DNA from: Flaccisagitta enflata | Taxonomy: Eukaryota | Reading direction: 5' to 3' | Assembly (NCBI GenBank): GCA_965153355.1 | Contig: OZ231126.1 | Location: forward strand, 43,338,001-43,402,000 | DNA length: 64,000 nucleotides | Shown: in pieces, positions 11,511 to 27,497 of the stretch | Position numbering within the stretch: the first letter of the stretch is position 1 | Layout: each line of letters starts with the position of its first letter | The notes under the pieces: generated by a model | Database searches by the model: none | What the model was told of the DNA's origin: nothing | Seen by the model: only the letters and a program-made list of their open reading frames with translations | Position numbers and translations under genes: made by a program

Positions 11511-14500
11511 CAGGGTCTTCAATTACGGTTGACTTATTCTAAATCGATAGTGTGCCTCTCATGGTCATCACTCTGTATTTTTCTTTTTTTCCTCCTTCAG
11601 TATATTGTTTGACGTTTTTTGTATCAAAATTGCAAGGGTCTATGTCGACAAGTTTGTCTGTAGCACTAATTTGAAGTATTTCATGTATTCATGGTTTTGA
11701 CTGAAAGAATTGTTTGTTTACTATAGGGAAGTATGATGATAATTTTTTTTCTCATCAAACTCCCCATTATGGGTATCAATCGATGCAGAATTGTAAGGGC
11801 TTTCATTTGATACCCCACAACACCTGTTATATTTCATTTTGCATGTTATTTCACATCAAAGAGTGATGGCCATAGTTTAGATAAATCTGTCACTTGCTTT
11901 ATCCTCAATTTTATCTATGTTATTTGCATAGAAAGGGGTCTTATTTGTCATAAATTATGAGAAGAATCATTTTCACACTCACAAAGGCTGTATTTTGTTT
12001 TTTTTTATTCTAAAATAACATCAAAATCGACCACAGGGCAATAGAAATGATGCATGCCAGATAGCAGTGATTTTTAAATATTTGCATAATCAAATTTTAT
12101 CGTTTTTGCAATAAAGTGAATTTAAAGGAAAACATAAATGTGTGATGAAATGTAAAAATGACTGACAAAGTGTGAAGCAAAGGGGGTGTAGTGTCATTGC
12201 CCTTAAGCTGGGTATCTTGATATAATTCAGTATTTTGTTTTGAACATATGATTATAAGTTGGCATTTGCTAGTTGTGTGGCCTGGTGGACTGTAAATAAA
12301 ATGTTTAGTCATCAAAATCCCACTATCCATTTTGAAAAGAGGATGAAATTTAGCTATAGAGGGGGCTTGAGGGTTGCTTAAACCGCCTATACTTTTGGCA
12401 CCTCCCAACCTATTTTCTACAGGTGTGTAGTATAAATGACTGTAAGTTGTCCTGGTGGCATTTGATTTGATTTGAAGGAATGTCTTTTTTTCAGTTGCTA
12501 TTCAATGTTAGGTCAATTGATTTGTTTGTTGGTTGGTTGGTTTGTTGGTAGGTTGGTCGCTCCATCAAGAGGCTGCTATGGCTTTTGGGCCCTCCACACC
12601 TTTCATCATATACGTGTACTCTTTGCATCTGTACCTTGAACGTCTGAGACAAAATTAAGGAGTTCTAAAATAACCCTTGGACAATACTAGGACAAGTATA
12701 GGACATCTAGAGGTCAACCCTAGGGCATTTTAGGTTAAGATTGACATTTCAGTGTGACAGGTATGAGACAACCTGCACACAACTGTAATACAAACCTATA
12801 CAAATCTAAAACAATTCATGGACATCAAAATACAAATTTATTATCTAAATTGGCCAACTTTATGTAACTACAGCGTTATTCAGGATTATTTGAAAATTTT
12901 TCTAAAGATAGATTTGCAATTAGCATTGTTATATTGTTCAATCCCCAAGAGTACAGCCGAGTACAGGCTCTTTTGTTCGCGTAATTAAAGTTTCTATCAT
13001 GGTATTCTTAATCCTGAATTAATGAAGATTTTTAATGCGACAAAAAATGGTCAATCTTGTTATTTTGGGTCTTATGATGCTGAACCAACTTGGTATAATC
13101 ACTATTCAAGCATTAGTAACAATAAAATTCAGTAATATAAGCACATTGAAAATTTCAGTCAACTTTTTTCCATGATGCTTTATCCCTGAAACAGCTGAGC
13201 AAATGTTCCTATTTACTATCTAGAACATAAGTATATCGACAGTATAGGGATTAAATAATTTATCAGTATGGGAATCATAAAAAAATCTCCAAAATATGAT
13301 AGATACTTAATATTACATCTTTGGCGTTCAACAACAAACTGTATATAGATTTTCTTAGCATTTTTACAAAAACGCTGAGAATAAATGCGTGATTACTCTC
13401 CCTCATAAATTTTTTTTTTTTAAATTCCTAAGTGTATGCTATGTTCTCCCTTTTGCTTCAGTTGCAATCCTAATGACTCAGAGAGGTTTAAATCAACCAA
13501 GAAAATGCAACATAGGGGTTAGGTGCTGTAATGAGGACCAAAAATAGGGTGAAAAAACCTCCAATCTATCTAAAAAGAGACTTAGTAACTTGTAACGAAA
13601 CTAGATGCATTTTTTTTCTTCATATTTTTTGATTGGAGTATCAATCTTGTTTTGCTTGTCATTTATAAACGGCTATAGCTAAAAGGATGCGATTTGCAGC
13701 ATTTGGTCAGAAATTCGAAGTAGTTTCAGAATCTCACCAATTCTTATGTATTTTTTTTATTCTTTATAGAGTTATTGCTTTAAATGCCTGTCGATATACA
13801 TATGTTCTAGATAGTATCAATGTTTTTTTTTCAAATTTCTCTCCTTTCAAAATGGATTGAGCTACAGATGCGAGATAGGTCTCAAGTTGAAGATGATTTG
13901 ATGTAGTTTTTTGCAATTACCTTGATCAGTTTGTCAGTAAGTCGGTCCATTTGCTCTATGTCTTCCTATCCATCTGTCTCTTTTCATCCATATGTCCATT
14001 GGTTCAAAATTCTCCAATGGTGACTTGTCATTAATGAGAGGATTTTGAGTCACTATCCCTGCCCAATTCCTAAGATAGCCTTTGCATCACTGCTTCTGAT
14101 TACCTAATTAAGACTGGGGGTGACATTGTTATGCCTTGTTCTGCAATTCTGATTGTTGTGCATGAAGAAGGTTTGGGTGTCATGATTTCATTTTTTGACC
14201 TGGCAATCAACTTGACAAAAACTTCATCAAACAAATAATTTCTCTCATTATTACTAAATAATGGTGACAAAAACTGTTTTTCATTTCCTTCCCTAAATCT
14301 TCATCAAACCATCTTGTACTAATCTGGCATCTGTAGCTCAAACCGTTGATAAATACGTTACAAGAGGAAAAAAGTTTCAGAGAATAATCGATTTTTTCAG
14401 ACATAGCCATGTATACACAAAGTACTTCAAATTAATGCTACGGACAAACTATTTGACTTGGACCCTTGAAATTTTGATACAAAAAACGTCAAACAATATA

Positions 14501-14590
14501 CTAAAGGAGGAAAAAAAGAAAAAGTCAGAGGGATGAGCATGAGAGGCACAGCACTTATTTAGAATAAGTCAACCGTAATTGAAGACACTG
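11511..14590. mobile_element. Non-autonomous Tc1/mariner-type element with long (~185 bp) imperfect TIRs
   Basis: TA|cagggtcttcaattacggttgacttattctaaat ... atttagaataagtcaaccgtaattgaagacactg|TA; arms ~11511-11695 and ~14407-14590; no transposase ORF. Confidence 0.8.
13216..13814. mobile_element. ~600-bp TA-flanked MITE (CTATCTAG TIR) nested in the 11511-14590 element
   Basis: TA|ctatctagaacataagtatatcgacag ... ctgtcgatatacatatgttctagatag|TA. Confidence 0.8.
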
Positions 14591-15533
14591 TAAATGCTGG
14601 TGGCAGAGCAGAGATTAAAATGGTTTGATTTTAGCGTCTTTGGAAGACACGGGAAAGAGAAAGAGAACAAAGAAAAATGGATGTCAAAACTGCTGAAAAC
14701 CTGTTAATTTGCCCAAACAGAAAGAGAGAAGACAAAGACATGTCGTTAGTGCTGTTGCGTGTCTGTCTCTAGTACTACCTTGGCGAAAAAAAATATCTGC
14801 TCTAAAAACTTAGAGGGAGGCCTGCCTCTGAAAGTATTGAGCAATGGATCCCAGATTGGTTGCATTTGAAAGGATTGATGCAACTCTTTATATTGAGACC
14901 AATCTGGGGTTGATAGCCTTAATCGTTTGGAAGCAGAACTCTTTCTCAGTTATTCAAATTGGAAGATATTTTCCACCAAGGTGGTAGAGACTCTCTGTCT
15001 AATGATATTCACCTTTATATTTGAGACATCAACTTACCAAATGCCTACAGAAAGGTGAAAGAATCCATGCCAAAAAAATAATGAAATAAATACATCAAAA
15101 ATAGGATCAGGATTCATCAAAATCTACAAACTACCGAACACCCTGAAGGCAATGCTTGTGTCCTTGACGACCCTTAAGTCGTGGTCACGCGACTCTTTAC
15201 TTTGTTGTGTGAAGTGAGACAAATTGTGTTGGTCCGTCGGTCACCCCCCCCACCTCGCCTAGCCGTCCAAGAACGGAGAGCGTATATCCGGCTTTATTTA
15301 TACTCAGATTTGCTTTACTACTATCTAGCTCATAAGTATAGACACAAGCGTTTTGGGCAATATCTGTGCTTAGAATAAAAAAAATGATAGAAAAATTGGT
15401 GAGACCCAGAAACTAGATCAAATTTCGGATTGAATGGCACCAACCGCGTTCTTCTAGGTCAAAGCGTTTAGTAATGACAGAAAAAACAAGATCGTGACTC
15501 CAAATCAAAAATGGCAAAAAAAATTGCAGTTCA

Positions 15534-16452
15534 TTGATAGAAGATGGCGCTTCATTATATTGCGCCATTACAATGAGGCAATGGCAGACAAAATAAGGTG
15601 TCAACCTCTTTGGTGGTTGGCCTGGAAACAACCCCAATCTGAACCCTATTGAATTCCTTTGGTCTCCAATGAAGAAGCTTCAAAACAAAGATACTATCTA
15701 GAACAAAAGTATATCGGCAAGATTATTATCAGGCTGTTAATTCATCAAATGACTAGAAAAAACATAATTTGATCTTTGAGATTCTTTGTATGTATCTTGT
15801 GAACAACAATAACGGGCAAAATTGTCTTTATTTGCTCTTGAAGAGATATTTTGAGAAAGGATGACGCGGTCTTCCCTCACACCTTGAGAGGAGATTTTTT
15901 TTTATCCATATCAAACGATGCGCGATACCTTCTCCTTAGCTGCTTACTTACCAACCATCAGATCTATGACTGAGTTTGGAGTGACCATGGAAATGAGGAG
16001 GCGATCCTATGGCATCATTGTGGCAGCCTAAAAGTAGGACAACAACCTTAAACTAAAAAAAAACAAACACTTGTACAAGTACCAAAAGCGACAAGAAATG
16101 AAATATGATTTTTCAGCCATTTTCATTTGAAGTAGCATTCTTGTTTTGCCCATCATTTCCAAACGGATTGGGCTACAAGAACGCGGTTGGTGGCACTAGA
16201 TCACAAATTCGATGTAGTTTCAGAATCTCACCGATTTTTAAATGATTTTTTTATTTTTAGCAGAGATATGACCCAAAACGCTCGCCGATATACATATGTT
16301 CTAGATAGTAGTGCAACATCAGCTGCAAGGCTGAAAAAAATTGCTAAAAAAATCTGGAAAAGATCTTGCTAATTTACCTCGAAACTCTCTACTAAAGCAT
16401 GCCAGGGCGTATGAAGGCGGTTGTTACAGCCCAGAGGGACACATTTAGTATT
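15534..16452 (+). pseudogene. Tc1-like transposase C-terminal relic, interrupted by a MITE
   Basis: EDGASLY...WQTK*GVNLFGGWPGNNPNLNPIEFLWSPMKK, then after the insert SATSAARLKKIAKKIW...YLETLY*SMPGRMKAVVTAQ; matches Tc1 WPxxSPDLNPIE and SMPxR motifs; contains stops. Confidence 0.85.
15694..16308. mobile_element. CTATCTAG-TIR MITE inserted in the transposase relic
   Basis: TA|ctatctagaacaaaagtatatcggc ... gccgatatacatatgttctagatag|TA; removing it restores the reading frame. Confidence 0.85.
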
Positions 16453-16853
16453 ACAATGGATTCCAGAATTATATAACTTGATATTTATTGAATGAATCAA
16501 TCAATGCTTATCTTGTGTCTATACTTTTGAGCTAGATAGTATTGCTAAGTAAAGATGAAGGAGATGGAAATCAGGTGTAAATTCTTATATTCTTTGTTCC
16601 AGCAAGGAGAAGGGAAGAGTGGTTCGAAAAAATGTCCTCAATATCCTTTCGGTGGTTCCTCACTTTGCTTTAAAGTTCCCCCAACGACTGGGAAAATTAA
16701 GGATTTTGCTATGGTAAATTGGTGAGTCTTATAGGGCTTAGAACGGCATTTATGGGGAAATGGGGTGACATACTTCAATCTCTCCATCATTCCATGCCTC
16801 CTGACAACTTCTGAGAGTTTTTTTCTTAGAACCTCATTCCACGCTTTGCTTGC

Positions 16854-17590
16854 TTTTTGGGCAGCGGCCCCGAAGGGGACGAAGTCCTGTAGAACACAGG
16901 GGGACTTTCGTTCGTCCGTCCGTCCATCCGTCCGTCCGTCCGTCCGTCCGTTTGTCCCCCCCATCAGGCTCATCAGGCCTCAAATCTGGCCTCTCACACC
17001 TCAAATCTGGCCTCTCAGACCCCAAATCTGGCCTCTCAGGCCTCAGATCCGGCCTCTCAAGCCTCAAATCTAGCCTCTCAGGCCTCAAATCCGGCCTCTC
17101 AGGCCTCAAATCCAACCTCTCAGGCCTCAAACCTGGCCTCTCAGGCCTCAAATTAGGCTTCTTAGGCCTCAAATCCAAATCCTCAGGCCTCAAACCTGGC
17201 CTCTCAGGCCTCAAACTAGGCCTCTCAGGCCTCAAATCAGCTATCTAAGCCTCAATTTATTGCTCTCAGGCTTCAAATCAGTCCTCTAACCTTTCAAGCC
17301 TTAATCTAGCTCTCTTAAGGCTCAAGTCAGCCCTCCCAAGCTTCTAATTGGCATTTACAGGCCTTTCATCAGCCTTCTTAGACCGCAGTTTAGGCTCTTG
17401 AAGGCCTTCAGTCAGCCCTCTATCGCATCTCATCCACTTCTACAGGCAGGACGAACGAAAGTCCCCCTGTGTTCTACAGGACTTCGTCCCCTTTGGGGCC
17501 GCTGCCCTGCTTCCCCTCACTCCAATTCACAATCACTCAAAGCAGGGCAACGGGTATCGCTGACCACATATTGCCCTTGGGCGACCTGTT
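16854..17590 (+). mobile_element. HINE-like element, family B
   Basis: Same structure as 9446-10129; followed by a long (CT)n tract to ~17746. Confidence 0.75.
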
Positions 17591-17594
17591 TCTC

Positions 17595-17751
<157 letters not shown>

Positions 17752-20031
17752 TCAAAGGACTGACTGAGGGCGCAGCTGAGGTCAGGCAAACATATCGAGA
17801 AAAATTTGAAAAGAGAAACATAAAAAAATAGGAGGCAAAGGAAATAGAAAAATGCATGATTGATGGCAAAAAGAAAAAGAGAGGAAAATGAAACAAAATG
17901 CGATGAAGAAAAAAGGAAAGGGAGAAAGAGAGGATTAAAGTCAGAGATTTGAACAGATAGACGGACGTTTAAAGGCAGACATGTCAGTCACGCTTGTTGA
18001 CAGTTATTTTGCACATACTATGCTGTTTTTATATTTTGGATGACGCGTTTTTGACCGAAATAGTGATTTCTGAGCATAATTGCCCCTGCCTAACAAAATA
18101 CATTGAAGACCCTCATACTAGCAATACTGCTCCTGCTGACTTGTACTACTGTCCCTGCCCACCCACAAGCGACTGCTTAGTGAGTATCCGGCATTGTATC
18201 TGTACCTAATTCTGTACTTAATCGTCCTTATCATTTTCTGAAGTCATAACCCTGTTTTTTGATTTTTCGCGCCCGCCGATTTCACATTTTTCGTCTCAAT
18301 AATAAACTCCGTGTTATTAGAAAAGCATTCGTGTGCGAAATGAAGATTCTTCTCGTATTTGTTTCTTTTTTTTCCTTTGCCTACTGATACTGTTTTTTGT
18401 TTTTTTTTTTTGTATTGTTTTTTTGTTTTTTTGTTTTTTTTCTTTATCTTTATTTTTATTTTTATCTTTTTTTTTTCTATTTCTTTTTTCATTTTTATTT
18501 TCATTCTTTTTTTTTAATTTTCTTTTTATGTTTGTGTTTGTGTTTGCGTTTGCGTTTGCGTTTGCGTTTGCGTTTGTTTTTGTTTTTGTTTTTGTTTTTG
18601 TTTTTGTTTTGTTTTTGTTTTTGTTTTTGTTTTTGTTTTTGTTTTTGTTTTTGTTTTTGTTAGCAGTCTTTTCAAGGCCCATCTGGCTTAATGCATTAGG
18701 CACGAAGACCTTTTTTTTTTCCCAAACCCAACTGGTCAGCTAAGTATTGACTTACATATTATTTTCTGCTTGGATATATGAAGAGACAAAAAATATCTTC
18801 TGGGCCAGTGAGATTGTAGCAACATTGACGCACGTCGAAAGATTTTATGATTTAATGAATATAAAACTTTTTTTTTTGCTCTTACCTTTCTGTGAACTGT
18901 AATCAGGGCTTTTAAACCTAATGCGAATTGATGAAAAATAAATTATGATCATATCATAACAGGTCATTATAAATTATCAACTATCAACTACTAGATTATT
19001 AACTATTTTCCTAAGGAGATCTAAAGGAAATAGCTACGTTTTTAGTCGCGGACACCCGACTCGAGAACTTGCCGTGTCGGCCGGTCACATTTTTGATTTT
19101 CGAGCTTTTCTGCTCCAGCCCACCGGTCCGCGACGAGGGGAAGTGTATACGGCCTTGTTATTAATGATCCGTTACCAAGTCGGACCAGGCCGATACGGAG
19201 TGACCAGTATGTAGCAAACCAACAGACCGCCGGACGTACCTTTGATCGTACGCGCAGATTTTGTGATATTCATTTGAATCATTTCATACTTATATATTCA
19301 TATTGTAGTGGTTGAGAAACAAGCCCAACCGAGTATAGATGGGGGAGGGGTGTGGGACGTTGGCTGGTGGGGGAGGAGATCGAAGACAGATTGCTTTCAG
19401 TGACAGGTGTCAGCCCTTTTAGCAACACAAGATCGCGAAGAAGTTTGCTTACAAAAACTCTTTAAGCTTTTACCAAGCGGTAGATGGATGAATGTTGAAC
19501 TAAAGAAAACGTTAAAACATTCGAGCATTTTTTTTTCAAGACGAAGAATAAGTTGATAGTTGCTGACCGTCACAAGAGGGTCTCGCTCTAATTCCATCAT
19601 ATATGGTCAAGCATAAGAGATGCCCGTTCATTGGCACGGTATTCATCGCTCGCATTATCTGTCATAATCACCTGGCAGCAAAATTGATTAATACTCGACT
19701 TGTGTCATGACAGGGAAAAGAATAAAGTAAGAGAGAGAGAAAAAAAAGGAAAAAAGATGAAGAAAAAAATCGTTACTGAACGAGAAAAAAAATAACGGGA
19801 AATACAGAATAATTTATGGCACTCGTTAAGTCAAGCCTTTGAATGTAATTTTTTTTCCCTTCTTATGACTTTTCCGAGATCCTTGACGCATCTTATTTCA
19901 ATAATCACGGGGCAAAAAATGAAAACAGGAAAAAAAGGAAGGAAAGTTTGGAAAAATAGAAAAGAGGAAAAAAAGGAAGGCAAAAGGAATGTTGAAAAAA
20001 AAAAGAAAATCAAGAACATCAAGACGAGGGA

Positions 20032-20107
<76 letters not shown>

Positions 20108-21363
20108 ATGAAAAAAAGAAAAAAGAAAGAAAGAAAGAAAAAAGAAAAAAAAGAAAGAAACATACAAACAAACAAACAAACAAACAAGCAAACAAGCAAA
20201 CAAACAAACAAACAAACAAACAAACAAACAAACAAACAAACAAACAAACAAACAAACAAACAAACAAACAAACAAAAAGAAAAAAAAAAAGAAAAAAGTA
20301 AGGAATCCAATTAAAAAGGAAAATCAATAAAAGGGAAAAAGCAAGCAAGCAAGAAAGCAAGAAACAAGGCCAACGCTTATAAGTCGCGTGCGGGACATAA
20401 ATAGCTTAAGATAACTTAAATTGACTCAAGGTGACCTGAAATGACTTACAAAGACTTCAAATGACTTTAATGACCATATTGAACTTTTTGACTTGGGTGA
20501 CTTAATATGACTCAATATGATTTAAAATGACTTAGAATGACTTATAATGGCATTTGGGAAGGAGCTGTGAGCCCAAAAACCTAAAAAACGCCGAAAAATG
20601 TAAAAAGGGGACAGACCGACCGACCAACCAACCAACCGACCGACCGACCCACCGACGGATGTAGGGTCACGTAGCACGCGACTAAAAAGGCAAGAAAACA
20701 AAAAAGAATCATCATACAAACGTGCGATACGTTTAAGCTACTCATAGACAGCAGGCAAAGGTAAGGGAGACACTTTTGTTAAACTTTTTTAAACGCATCA
20801 CGGGAAGATCAGAGAAAGACTCTCTATATATAACCACATTCGTGGGCACTACGCATGTCCGAGTGCCGGAATCGGCCAAACCTAGCTTTCCCCCCCCCCC
20901 CCCGCCATCATCTGTTTACTTTGCTTAAATGCTATCAAATGAGCCACTGCGCGACTTTCAAATAAATCAGGAACCATCGGTGACCATGAAGTTTCCAATA
21001 GAAATCTATGGCGAAGGCAAAATTTGCATAATAAAAGCATCAATTCTAATGCTAATTCAATACAAACTTCAACCACACCCTAACGATGGTTCCCGATCGA
21101 ATTGAGGGTTGCGCGACGGCTCGTTTGACAAGTCACAAGACTTATGCAAAGGAAAAAGATAATAGCGGGGGAAAGCCATTTTGGCCCCATTTTGGCACCC
21201 TGACATGCGTAGTGGTCACCCTGCGAGAAGCACTAGGTACAGGCAATGACAGCGGGCAGACGAGGGCAGACGGCAGGCTTATCTAATTTGTTAATTTCAA
21301 CTTCGCTTTACCTTGATTTCTATCTCTTTGCTTATGTCTGCCTGTCTTTCTTTCTTATGCATG

Positions 21364-21464
<101 letters not shown>

Positions 21465-21849
21465 TTCTCTCTCTCTCGCTCTCGCTCTCTCTCTGAACTT
21501 TCTTCCTCATTTTTTACCCATCTATGTCTGTTGCTCAAATAGCCGGATCAGCAGTGGCAACCCCCGGTTTGTTTGAGAGGTGGCGTCGGTGGTCAGGGGT
21601 CAAGCCTTGTTGCCTTTTTGCAATCCTGGAAAGTATTGAGAGCTTATGACTATAAATTCGAGGGAAGATAGATGAACGCCGATGTCTGGGATTGCCCCAG
21701 TCTCAAAAGTTAATTCATCTGAGATAAAAACAAAGCAAAACTTTGCAACCGAGAAAGGGAAGAGATAGCAAAACTGAGCAAAAATGAATGGAATTGTTTG
21801 ATAAATGTACAATGGTAAACCATCGTTTTGTGTGAATGTGTATGTGTGA

Positions 21850-22375
<526 letters not shown>

Positions 22376-22684
22376 GTTTGTTTGCCTAGTTGTGTAATTG
22401 TGTAATAGTACAATCATATGTATTTAAGATGCCATATCAAAACCAGCAAAGAGACTTCTTATAAAGAAAAAAAGTTGGATAACTAAACATTCAGAAGGAA
22501 AGGAAGAAAGCAAGGCCTGATACAAGACTACCCCAGTCGCGTGTAGGTGGGCAGGGACCGTATTTTAGGTCACTTGAGCATTTTGGCAGGAGCAGTGAGG
22601 CCAAAGACCACGGAAACAAAAAAAAAGTAAAATGTGACAAACCGATTGACTAAACGACGGACGGACAAAGCGGGATGTAGAGAC

Positions 22685-23139
22685 CAGAGATTAGCGTTAC
22701 TGAGCGTCAGTGGTCGGCCGTTATCAGGTCGTTATATGGTAAAAATCCGCCATTTTATGCTAAGGTCGTTATCCTTAAATAACTGGACGTTATTTGTATA
22801 AGGTTACACTTTATCTAAGTAAAAGGAATAGATTTTATAAAAGGTTCATTGCATTTGACTCATGGAAATCCTCGTTATGAAAGATGGACAACATTACCAC
22901 TGTACTTACCATACTATACTTACTATACTTACTATACTTACTATACTTACTATACTTACTATACTTACTATACTTACTGTACTTACTGTACTTACTATAC
23001 TTACTATTCTTACTATACTTTCTATAGTTACTATACTTACTATACAAGGCCCTCACCTATTCATTTCAGTTAGGGTAGAGAGAAGGGTATTGTTCCACCT
23101 ATCATACTTTGACCTAGACACTGTTAAAAACGCGAGATC

Positions 23140-23198
<59 letters not shown>

Positions 23199-23380
23199 CG
23201 CACCAAAAGCGGTATAAGATCGACTTGGAAGAATAAAAGAGAAGGAGAAAAAAGAGGAGGAAGAAGAGAAGGAGGAGGAGGAAGAGGACCGACCGGTTTC
23301 CATGGTGATTTATCCGTTATCCGTTATCCTATATATCCTATCCGTTACACGGATTGCCGGATCTCGATACCTAATCTCTG
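22685..23380. mobile_element. hAT-type non-autonomous element inserted in a family-A HINE (~22510-23406)
   Basis: TIR cagagattag / ctaatctctg; 8-bp TSD GTAGAGAC at 22677-84 and 23381-88; contains a 9-bp (tatacttac)n array at ~22911-23045. Confidence 0.8.
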
Positions 23381-23668
23381 GTAGAGACGCGGAGAAGGCG
23401 ACTAAAAAGAGGAAATTGAGACAAAAAGGGAAGAAATGGGAAGAAGATGAAGTATCCAAGAGCCATCGTATGTATCTTTGCAAATCCAGATAAACCCGAG
23501 GGATTGGTAAGGAAAGGCAAAACAAAAGGGATCCCTTTTGAGTTAACCTAGACATGCAGTCTATTCCGCTGCTGCTGCTCCACTTTAGATTTCAAAATGG
23601 CCCCTTGAGTCGCTCGCGCTTTCTTCCCATGTCTTGGTAACATCGCCTTATCTCTCTCTGTGTCTCTA

Positions 23669-23719
<51 letters not shown>

Positions 23720-23736
23720 GTCTCTCTGTCTCTCTG

Positions 23737-23839
<103 letters not shown>

Positions 23840-24330
23840 GTATCTAAAAACTTGGAAAAAAGTTATTTTCTTTCTGATTTCTCTCCTTTGGTCCATTCTT
23901 CAGTTCCACCGATCAGTGCGCTACCTTCTACCCACACCTCTTCCTTCCTTTCCTCACCCCCCCCCCCCTCGTCACCGATGGCCTGTCTAACCCGAGTATC
24001 GTCCCATTTTCTTGACCAGTTGGCCATTTTTTTTAAAGTCGATTCATCGCCGATGTGAAAGGGCACGATTTGCTTTAGAAGTGTCGTTTACACTCAGTAA
24101 AATCGTTCTCTTTTTTTTTTCTTTCCTCCAAAAACCTATAACCTCGCAAATCCATCGGTGATCCGTCTGTACGTAGGCTTTATCCATCCATCCTTCCATC
24201 CATCCATCTATATATTTATTCATCTAGCCGTTCCATCTAGCCATTCCATCAATCCATCCATCCATCCATCCATCTATATCCATCTATCCATCCATCAATC
24301 TACTTACATCCATCCATCCATTCATAAAAC

Positions 24331-24466
24331 CAGGGATGTGGAAGCGGTCGATTTTAGTGCCGCTTCCACCGCTTCCGCTTCCGCTTCCGCTTCCATTTTG
24401 TAGTACAAATACTAGTAGCTATCCCACCCTCCAAAATGGAAGCGGTCAATCGCTTCCACATCCCTA
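24331..24466. mobile_element. 136-bp hAT-type MITE within a (CCAT)n region
   Basis: TIR agggatgtggaagcg / cgcttccacatccct; 8-bp TSD CATAAAAC; decayed relative at ~9131-9264. Confidence 0.85.
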
Positions 24467-25494
24467 CATAAAACCATCAATTTATCCGTTTCATCCATCC
24501 ATTCATCGATTCATTCATCCATCCATCCATCCATTCATCCATCCATCCATCCATCCATCCATCCATCCATCCATCCATCCATCCATCCATCTTTCTATCT
24601 GTCCATCCATCTTTTCATCCATCCATCCATCCATCCATCCATCCATCCATCTTTCTATCTGTCCATCCATCCTTTCATCCATCCATCCATTCATCCATCC
24701 ATCCATCCATCCATCCATCCATCCATCCATCCATCCATCCATCCATCCATCCATCCATCCTTTCATCCATCCATCCATCCATCCATCCATCTGCTTCCCT
24801 CCTTGCTAATATTACCTCTTCGAAGCTTGCTTAGTATTGTTTTCCTTTCCTTCCTTCCCTCTCTGCCTTCTGGTCCCGGTCACCAGATCAGTCAAACCCC
24901 CCCCAGAAAAGAGACCATAGCTCTACCAATGTACGTAGTCTAATCCTCTGCACAGCCCGTACTTAAGTTCAAGCTCGATTTCCATTTCAGCGGGAGAAAC
25001 ATGTACTTATAAACTGATTTGAATTAACGTTTTGGTCGCTGATTCCGTTTGCTAGTCTGTCAGTTCCTAAGATTTTGCCATAAATGTGAGTGTGACCTGA
25101 GTATCGCAGCGCAACAAAAAAAAAGACTATTTATTACTCTAGACTATAGAGAAACAAAACATGTTCTTGTGAGTGAAATATCTTAGCTGGTCAGTTGGTC
25201 CGCCGATACAACGATCGTCCGTAAGTGAATCTCGCGCAAAGACGCATTTACTTTTACTTTACTTTACTTTTCTTTTTCTTTTCTTTTTACTTTACTTTTT
25301 TCTTTTTTTTACATTTATTTTATTCGTTTTTTTTTTTCTCTCTCTGTTAATGTTGTATCCAAAGCATTGATGTATTTCATTCCATTTTCTTTTTACGTCC
25401 TCTTGAGAACTTGAAGCGTCTTTATCTCTTTTAATGCTCTCGCTTTGTCTTCTCTTTTCCTCTCTGTTTCCGTCTCCTCTGCCATCGTCTTTCA

Positions 25495-25614
<120 letters not shown>

Positions 25615-26256
25615 GTATCGACTTCTCACAATATTGTCTTTAGTACCATACATTTGTTTTGTTTCAATGTTCTCTTATCAATCTTTGTCCTTAAAATGTT
25701 TCTTTGCCACTCTGCTCTTCTGTTGTATCAGGGCCAACATGGACAAGAAATCACGTCTGGTCCACACTTCGTCTATTGAGGTCAAATAATGGCATCGATT
25801 TATCATTCGGTACATCGCCTATCGAATAAGATGAAAACTGCAAAGGAATATCGACATTACTTGTTTCCATTTGGCGACAAGAATAATCGATGATTGGCGT
25901 GATGAAATTCACTTCGTAACCCGTCCCTCAACTTGACGGTTGACTCTCTCTAATTCACGATATACGCAAATATCTTTAGATTTATCCTTTTTAGTCGAGT
26001 GCTACGCGACTCTACTACCCGCTTTGTCGGTCCGTCGGTCCGTCGGTCCGTCCATCGGTCCGTCCGTCGATCCGTCCGTCCGTCACACTTTACTTTTTTG
26101 TTTTTTTTTTGTTCTTTAGCCTCACTGTTCCTGCCCAAATGATGAAACGACTTCAAATATGGCCCCTGCCCACCCGCAAGCGACTTAGGTAGCCATGTAT
26201 CCGACCTTGTCTTTTTCAGTGATGGAAGCAAGTACAAATCCCGTTTCTTCTTTATA

Positions 26257-26430
26257 CAGTTAAATCCCGCTCCAACGGATTTTAAGGGACCAACAAATTT
26301 CATTTGTTAGGTGGAATTCTGCTACACCCAATATAGAAAATATAGGAAAATATAAGAATGGACCAAGAATAAGTGTTTGTTAATGATAGATTTCCGTTAA
26401 AAGCGGGTCCCTTGGAGCGGGGTTCAACTG
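26257..26430. mobile_element. 174-bp MITE (CAGTT TIR)
   Basis: TA|cagttaaatcccgctccaa ... ttggagcggggttcaactg|CA (right TA degenerate). Confidence 0.7.
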
Positions 26431-26866
26431 CAGCGACAAAAATATTTGCACATCAGAGGAAATTCGCTTTAATTGCGATGCGTCCTATATTTTTGAAAGC
26501 TTATTGTAGATTGTTTCAAGTTGCAATTCTAAACCCAACCTAACGTACTGATCCCCTGCCCGACTCGACCGATTTAACTACATTATCTCAGAACCCTCAC
26601 AAACCTCCGGACGCCCACTTTTTTTTCTCCTTTGCCCTGCTACCCTCCTACAGCCATGCTTTTCTTTCTTCTTTTTCCGCTAAATTTTTCTGTCAATGTG
26701 GAAATTCCAAGTGTCTATTTTATGCTCGCTTGATCCTGAGAAATGTACACCATGAAATAAATATGAGAGGAAGACAGGAAAGACGGATAAAAGAGGAAAG
26801 AGGGCAGACCTTTTATCGTTTCTCATGGACTGCTCTGGAGTTTCCTGCTGTGAATGCGGTTGCTGG

Positions 26867-27497
<631 letters not shown>

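Larger units (their letters stand above)
15321..16539 (+). mobile_element. Internally deleted Tc1-family transposon
   Basis: TA|ctatctagctcataagtatagacacaag ... cttgtgtctatacttttgagctagatag|TA; transposase C-terminal relic inside. Confidence 0.85.
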
